Source: Escherichia coli DSM 30083 = JCM 1649 = ATCC 11775 (GTDB lineage Bacteria > Pseudomonadota > Gammaproteobacteria > Enterobacterales > Enterobacteriaceae). Taken from it: a DNA stretch of 24,000 nt. Positions within the stretch are counted from its first letter, which is position 1. Every line of letters begins with the position of its first letter. Location of the stretch: positions 2,078,953 through 2,102,952 of the forward strand of contig NZ_CP033092.2 in the NCBI RefSeq assembly GCF_003697165.2, given 5' to 3'. A program made the position numbers and the translations under genes. The notes below the pieces were generated by a model. It was not told the origin of the DNA and searched no databases. It saw nothing but the letters and a program-made list of their open reading frames with translations. Below are positions 20,638 through 24,000 of the stretch, piece after piece.

Positions 20638-22395
20638 ATGGCACAAGTCATTAATACCAACAGCCTCTCGCTGATCACTCAAAATAATATCAACAAGAAC
20701 CAGTCTGCGCTGTCGAGTTCTATCGAGCGTCTGTCTTCTGGCTTGCGTATTAACAGCGCGAAGGATGACGCCGCGGGTCAGGCGATTGCTAACCGTTTTA
20801 CTTCTAACATTAAAGGCCTGACTCAGGCTGCACGTAACGCCAACGACGGTATTTCTGTTGCACAGACCACCGAAGGCGCGCTGTCTGAAATCAACAACAA
20901 CTTACAGCGTATCCGTGAGCTGACGGTTCAGGCTTCTACCGGAACTAACTCTGATTCGGATCTGGACTCCATTCAGGACGAAATCAAATCCCGTCTTGAT
21001 GAAATTGACCGCGTATCCGGCCAGACCCAGTTCAACGGCGTGAACGTACTGGCAAAAGACGGTTCGATGAAAATTCAGGTTGGTGCGAATGACGGTGAAA
21101 CTATCACTATCGACCTGAAGAAAATCGATTCTGATACTCTGGGTCTGAATGGTTTTAACGTAAATGGTAAAGGTACTATTACCAACAAAGCTGCAACGGT
21201 AAGTGATTTAACTTCTGCTGGCGCGAAGTTAAACACCACGACAGGTCTTTATGATCTGAAAACCGAAAATACCTTGTTAACTACCGATGCTGCATTCGAT
21301 AAATTAGGGAATGGCGATAAAGTCACCGTTGGCGGCGTAGATTATACTTACAACGCTAAATCTGGTGATTTTACTACCACCAAATCTACTGCTGGTACGG
21401 GTGTAGACGCCGCGGCGCAGGCTACTGATTCAGCTAAAAAACGTGATGCGTTAGCTGCCACCCTTCATGCTGATGTGGGTAAATCTGTTAATGGTTCTTA
21501 CACCACAAAAGATGGTACTGTTTCTTTCGAAACGGATTCAGCAGGTAATATCACCATCGGTGGAAGCCAGGCATACGTAGACGATGCAGGCAACTTGACG
21601 ACTAACAACGCTGGTAGCGCAGCTAAAGCTGATATGAAAGCGCTGCTTAAAGCCGCGAGCGAAGGTAGTGACGGTGCTTCTCTGACATTCAATGGCACTG
21701 AATATACTATCGCAAAAGCAACTCCTGCGACAACCTCTCCAGTAGCTCCGTTAATCCCTGGTGGGATTACTTATCAGGCTACAGTGAGTAAAGATGTAGT
21801 ATTGAGCGAAACCAAAGCGGCTGCCGCGACATCTTCAATTACCTTTAATTCCGGTGTACTGAGCAAAACTATTGGGTTTACCGCGGGTGAATCCAGTGAT
21901 GCTGCGAAGTCTTATGTGGATGATAAAGGTGGTATTACTAACGTTGCCGACTATACAGTCTCTTACAGCGTTAACAAGGATAACGGCTCTGTGACTGTTG
22001 CCGGGTATGCTTCAGCGACTGATACCAATAAAGATTATGCTCCAGCAATTGGTACTGCTGTAAATGTGAACTCCGCGGGTAAAATCACTACTGAGACTAC
22101 CAGTGCTGGTTCTGCAACGACCAACCCGCTTGCTGCCCTGGACGACGCTATCAGCTCCATCGACAAATTCCGTTCTTCCCTGGGTGCTATCCAGAACCGT
22201 CTGGATTCCGCAGTCACCAACCTGAACAACACCACTACCAACCTGTCTGAAGCGCAGTCCCGTATTCAGGACGCCGACTATGCGACCGAAGTGTCCAACA
22301 TGTCGAAAGCGCAGATTATCCAGCAGGCCGGTAACTCCGTGCTGGCAAAAGCCAACCAGGTACCGCAGCAGGTTCTGTCTCTGCTGCAGGGTTAA
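20638..22395 (+). CDS. fliC: Flagellin FliC, H7-like serotype variant
   Basis: The 585-aa ORF has conserved N-terminal (MAQVINTNSLSLITQNNINKNQSALSSSIERLSSGLRINSAKDDAAGQAIANRF) and C-terminal (...QQAGNSVLAKANQVPQQVLSLLQG) D0/D1 domains and a long Thr/Ala/Gly-rich variable middle. The 1758-nt length and the central sequence match my recollection of fliC-H7. Confidence 0.95.
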   Translation: MAQVINTNSLSLITQNNINKNQSALSSSIERLSSGLRINSAKDDAAGQAIANRFTSNIKGLTQAARNANDGISVAQTTEGALSEINNNLQRIRELTVQASTGTNSDSDLDSIQDEIKSRLDEIDRVSGQTQFNGVNVLAKDGSMKIQVGANDGETITIDLKKIDSDTLGLNGFNVNGKGTITNKAATVSDLTSAGAKLNTTTGLYDLKTENTLLTTDAAFDKLGNGDKVTVGGVDYTYNAKSGDFTTTKSTAGTGVDAAAQATDSAKKRDALAATLHADVGKSVNGSYTTKDGTVSFETDSAGNITIGGSQAYVDDAGNLTTNNAGSAAKADMKALLKAASEGSDGASLTFNGTEYTIAKATPATTSPVAPLIPGGITYQATVSKDVVLSETKAAAATSSITFNSGVLSKTIGFTAGESSDAAKSYVDDKGGITNVADYTVSYSVNKDNGSVTVAGYASATDTNKDYAPAIGTAVNVNSAGKITTETTSAGSATTNPLAALDDAISSIDKFRSSLGAIQNRLDSAVTNLNNTTTNLSEAQSRIQDADYATEVSNMSKAQIIQQAGNSVLAKANQVPQQVLSLLQG

Positions 22396-22438
22396 TCGCC
22401 GTAACCTGATTAACTGAGACTGACGGCAACGCCAAATT

Positions 22439-22537
22439 GCCTGGTGCGCTGTGCTTATCAGGCCTACAAGGTGAATTGCAATTTATTTAATTTGCAGATT
22501 TTTGTAGGCCGGATAAGGCGTTACGCCGCATCCGGCA
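22439..22537. repeat. BIME: two inverted REP elements
   Basis: REP 1 is GCCTGGTGCGCTGTGCTTATCAGGCCTACA (22439..22468). REP 2 is TGTAGGCCGGATAAGGCGTTACGCCGCATCCGGCA (22503..22537). They are in opposite orientation around an AT-rich linker. Confidence 0.85.
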
Positions 22538-22568
22538 ACATGAAGCGTAATTTGTCAGCAATGTGCTT

Positions 22569-22592
22569 CCCCGCCAACGGCGGGGTTTTTTT
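22569..22592 (+). terminator. Rho-independent terminator of fliC
   Basis: CCCCGCC-aac-GGCGGGG is followed by TTTTTTT. Confidence 0.85.
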
Positions 22593-22681
22593 CTGCCCGC
22601 AATTTACCGGTAACCCCCAAATAACCCCTCATTTCACCCACTAATCGCCCGATTAAAAACCCTGCAGAAACGGATAATCAT

Positions 22682-22689
22682 GCCGATAA
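22682..22689 (+). promoter_or_regulatory. GCCGATAA -10 element of the fliA promoter (autoregulated sigma-28 / class 2 promoter region)
   Basis: There is an exact GCCGATAA 25 nt upstream of the fliA GTG start. The matching -35 region (TGCA instead of TAAA) is poor, which fits the dual FlhDC and FliA control known for this promoter. Confidence 0.55.
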
Positions 22690-22714
22690 CTCATATAACG
22701 CAGGGCTGTTTATC

Positions 22715-23434
22715 GTGAATTCACTCTATACCGCTGAAGGTGTAATGGATAAACACTCGCTGTGGCAGCGTTATGTCCCGCTGGTGCGTCACGAAGCATT
22801 GCGCCTGCAGGTTCGACTGCCCGCGAGCGTGGAACTTGACGATCTGCTACAGGCGGGCGGCATTGGGTTACTTAATGCCGTCGAACGCTATGACGCCCTA
22901 CAAGGAACGGCATTTACAACTTACGCAGTGCAGCGTATACGTGGCGCTATGCTGGATGAACTTCGCAGCCGTGACTGGGTGCCGCGCAGCGTGCGACGCA
23001 ACGCGCGTGAAGTGGCACAGGCAATAGGGCAACTGGAGCAGGAACTTGGCCGCAACGCCACGGAAACTGAGGTAGCGGAACGTTTAGGGATCGATATTGC
23101 CGATTATCGCCAAATGTTGCTCGACACCAATAACAGCCAGCTCTTCTCCTACGATGAGTGGCGCGAAGAGCACGGCGATAGCATCGAACTGGTTACTGAT
23201 GATCATCAGCGAGAAAACCCGCTACAACAACTGCTGGACAGTAATCTGCGCCAGCGGGTGATGGAAACCATCGAAACGTTGCCGGAGCGCGAAAAACTGG
23301 TATTAACCCTCTATTATCAGGAAGAGCTGAATCTCAAAGAGATTGGCGCGGTGCTGGAGGTCGGGGAATCGCGGGTCAGTCAGTTACACAGCCAGGCTAT
23401 TAAACGGTTACGCACTAAACTGGGTAAGTTATAA
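22715..23434 (+). CDS. fliA: RNA polymerase sigma-28 factor FliA
   Basis: The 239-aa ORF has a GTG start and reads MNSLYTAEGVMDKHSLWQRYVPLVRHEALRLQVRL... The region 4 HTH is LNLKEIGAVLEVGESRVSQLHSQAIKRLR. Confidence 0.97.
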   Translation: MNSLYTAEGVMDKHSLWQRYVPLVRHEALRLQVRLPASVELDDLLQAGGIGLLNAVERYDALQGTAFTTYAVQRIRGAMLDELRSRDWVPRSVRRNAREVAQAIGQLEQELGRNATETEVAERLGIDIADYRQMLLDTNNSQLFSYDEWREEHGDSIELVTDDHQRENPLQQLLDSNLRQRVMETIETLPEREKLVLTLYYQEELNLKEIGAVLEVGESRVSQLHSQAIKRLRTKLGKL

Positions 23435-23479
23435 CGTCAGTAAATGCCGCACTTTAATTTTGACTACCAGGAGTTCTTA

Positions 23480-24000
23480 ATGATGGTGCAGCACCTGAAA
23501 AGACGGCCATTAAGCCGCTATCTTAAAGACTTTAAACACAGCCAGACCCATTGCGCGCATTGCCGTAAATTACTCGATCGCATTACCTTAGTTCGCGACG
23601 GCAAAATAGTGAATAAAATCGAGATTTCCCGCCTGGACACGCTGCTTGATGAAAATGGCTGGCAAGTGGAACAACAATCATGGGCGGCATTGTGCCGATT
23701 TTGCGGTGATTTACATTGCAAAACGCAGAGTGATTTTTTCGATATTATCGGCTTTAAGAAATTTCTTTTTGAGCAAACTGAAATGAGCCCTGGTACGGTG
23801 CGTGAATATGTCGTTCGTCTGCGCCGTTTGGGGAATCATCTACACGAGCAAAATATTTCCCTCGACCAGCTGCAGGACGGTTTCCTTGATGAAATCCTCG
23901 CCCCGTGGCTGCCCTCCACCAGCACCAACAATTACCGCATCGCGTTACGGAAGTATCAACACTATCAGCGTCAAACGTGTACCGGACTTGTGCAGAAATC
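23480..24000 (+). CDS. fliZ: Regulator FliZ (3'-truncated by the window end; about 173 of 183 codons present)
   Basis: The ATG at 23480 is preceded by the Shine-Dalgarno AGGAG. The ORF reads MMVQHLKRRPLSRYLKDFKHSQTHCAHCRKLLDRITLVRDGKIV... It is open to the end of the window, so it is absent from the ORF track. It occupies the position expected in the fliAZ operon. Confidence 0.92.
   Translation, partial: MMVQHLKRRPLSRYLKDFKHSQTHCAHCRKLLDRITLVRDGKIVNKIEISRLDTLLDENGWQVEQQSWAALCRFCGDLHCKTQSDFFDIIGFKKFLFEQTEMSPGTVREYVVRLRRLGNHLHEQNISLDQLQDGFLDEILAPWLPSTSTNNYRIALRKYQHYQRQTCTGLVQK

Larger units (their letters stand above)
22396..22592 (+). ncRNA. fliX: fliC 3' UTR, the expected source of the 3'UTR-derived sRNA FliX
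   Basis: This call is by position only. A sigma-28-dependent sRNA processed from the fliC 3' UTR has been described in E. coli K-12. The UTR here runs from the fliC stop to the terminator at 22569..22592. The processing site cannot be seen from sequence. Confidence 0.4.

Noticed and set aside
22439-22537. I considered whether the repeats here, or anywhere else in the window, represent a CRISPR array.
   Set aside because: There are only two copies, in inverted orientation, with the classic REP consensus. No regularly spaced direct repeats occur anywhere in the window.
22444-22644. A 66-aa plus-strand ORF lies in the fliC-fliA spacer.
   Set aside because: It is composed of REP/BIME and terminator sequence and is not coding.
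23518-23721. A 67-aa minus-strand ORF lies inside fliZ.
   Set aside because: It is antisense to the clearly recognisable fliZ reading frame and is a shadow ORF.

Overview
This window is Escherichia coli-type chromosome covering flagellar region III. On the minus strand it carries fliP (N-terminal part), fliO, fliN, fliM, fliL, fliK, fliJ, fliI, fliH, fliG and fliF, followed by fliE on the plus strand. A roughly 4.3 kb low-GC accessory island comes next, at 9455..13717. After it lie the housekeeping genes yedK, yedF, yedE, yedD and amyA, then fliT, fliS and fliD on the minus strand, and fliC, fliA and fliZ (3'-truncated by the window end) on the plus strand. All flagellar genes look intact and show the usual translational-coupling overlaps and sigma-28 (TAAA-N15-GCCGATAA) promoters. 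The flagellin is 585 aa and resembles the H7 type. The only clearly non-core segment is the island between fliE and yedK. It carries homologues of four E. coli K-12 DLP12-prophage cargo genes: emrE, ybcL, ybcM and an intact nmpC-type porin. It contains no phage backbone genes. It is bracketed by an imperfect 21-bp direct repeat that duplicates the 3' end of fliE, which looks like an attL/attR scar of an integrase-mediated insertion. I see no CRISPR array, tRNA or rRNA gene, transposase or recognisable defence system. I find no convincing evidence for a wholly new multi-gene system. The island, its junction repeats and its structured non-coding parts are the items worth follow-up. Gene identities rest on my recognition of the translated ORFs and their motifs, not on any database search.
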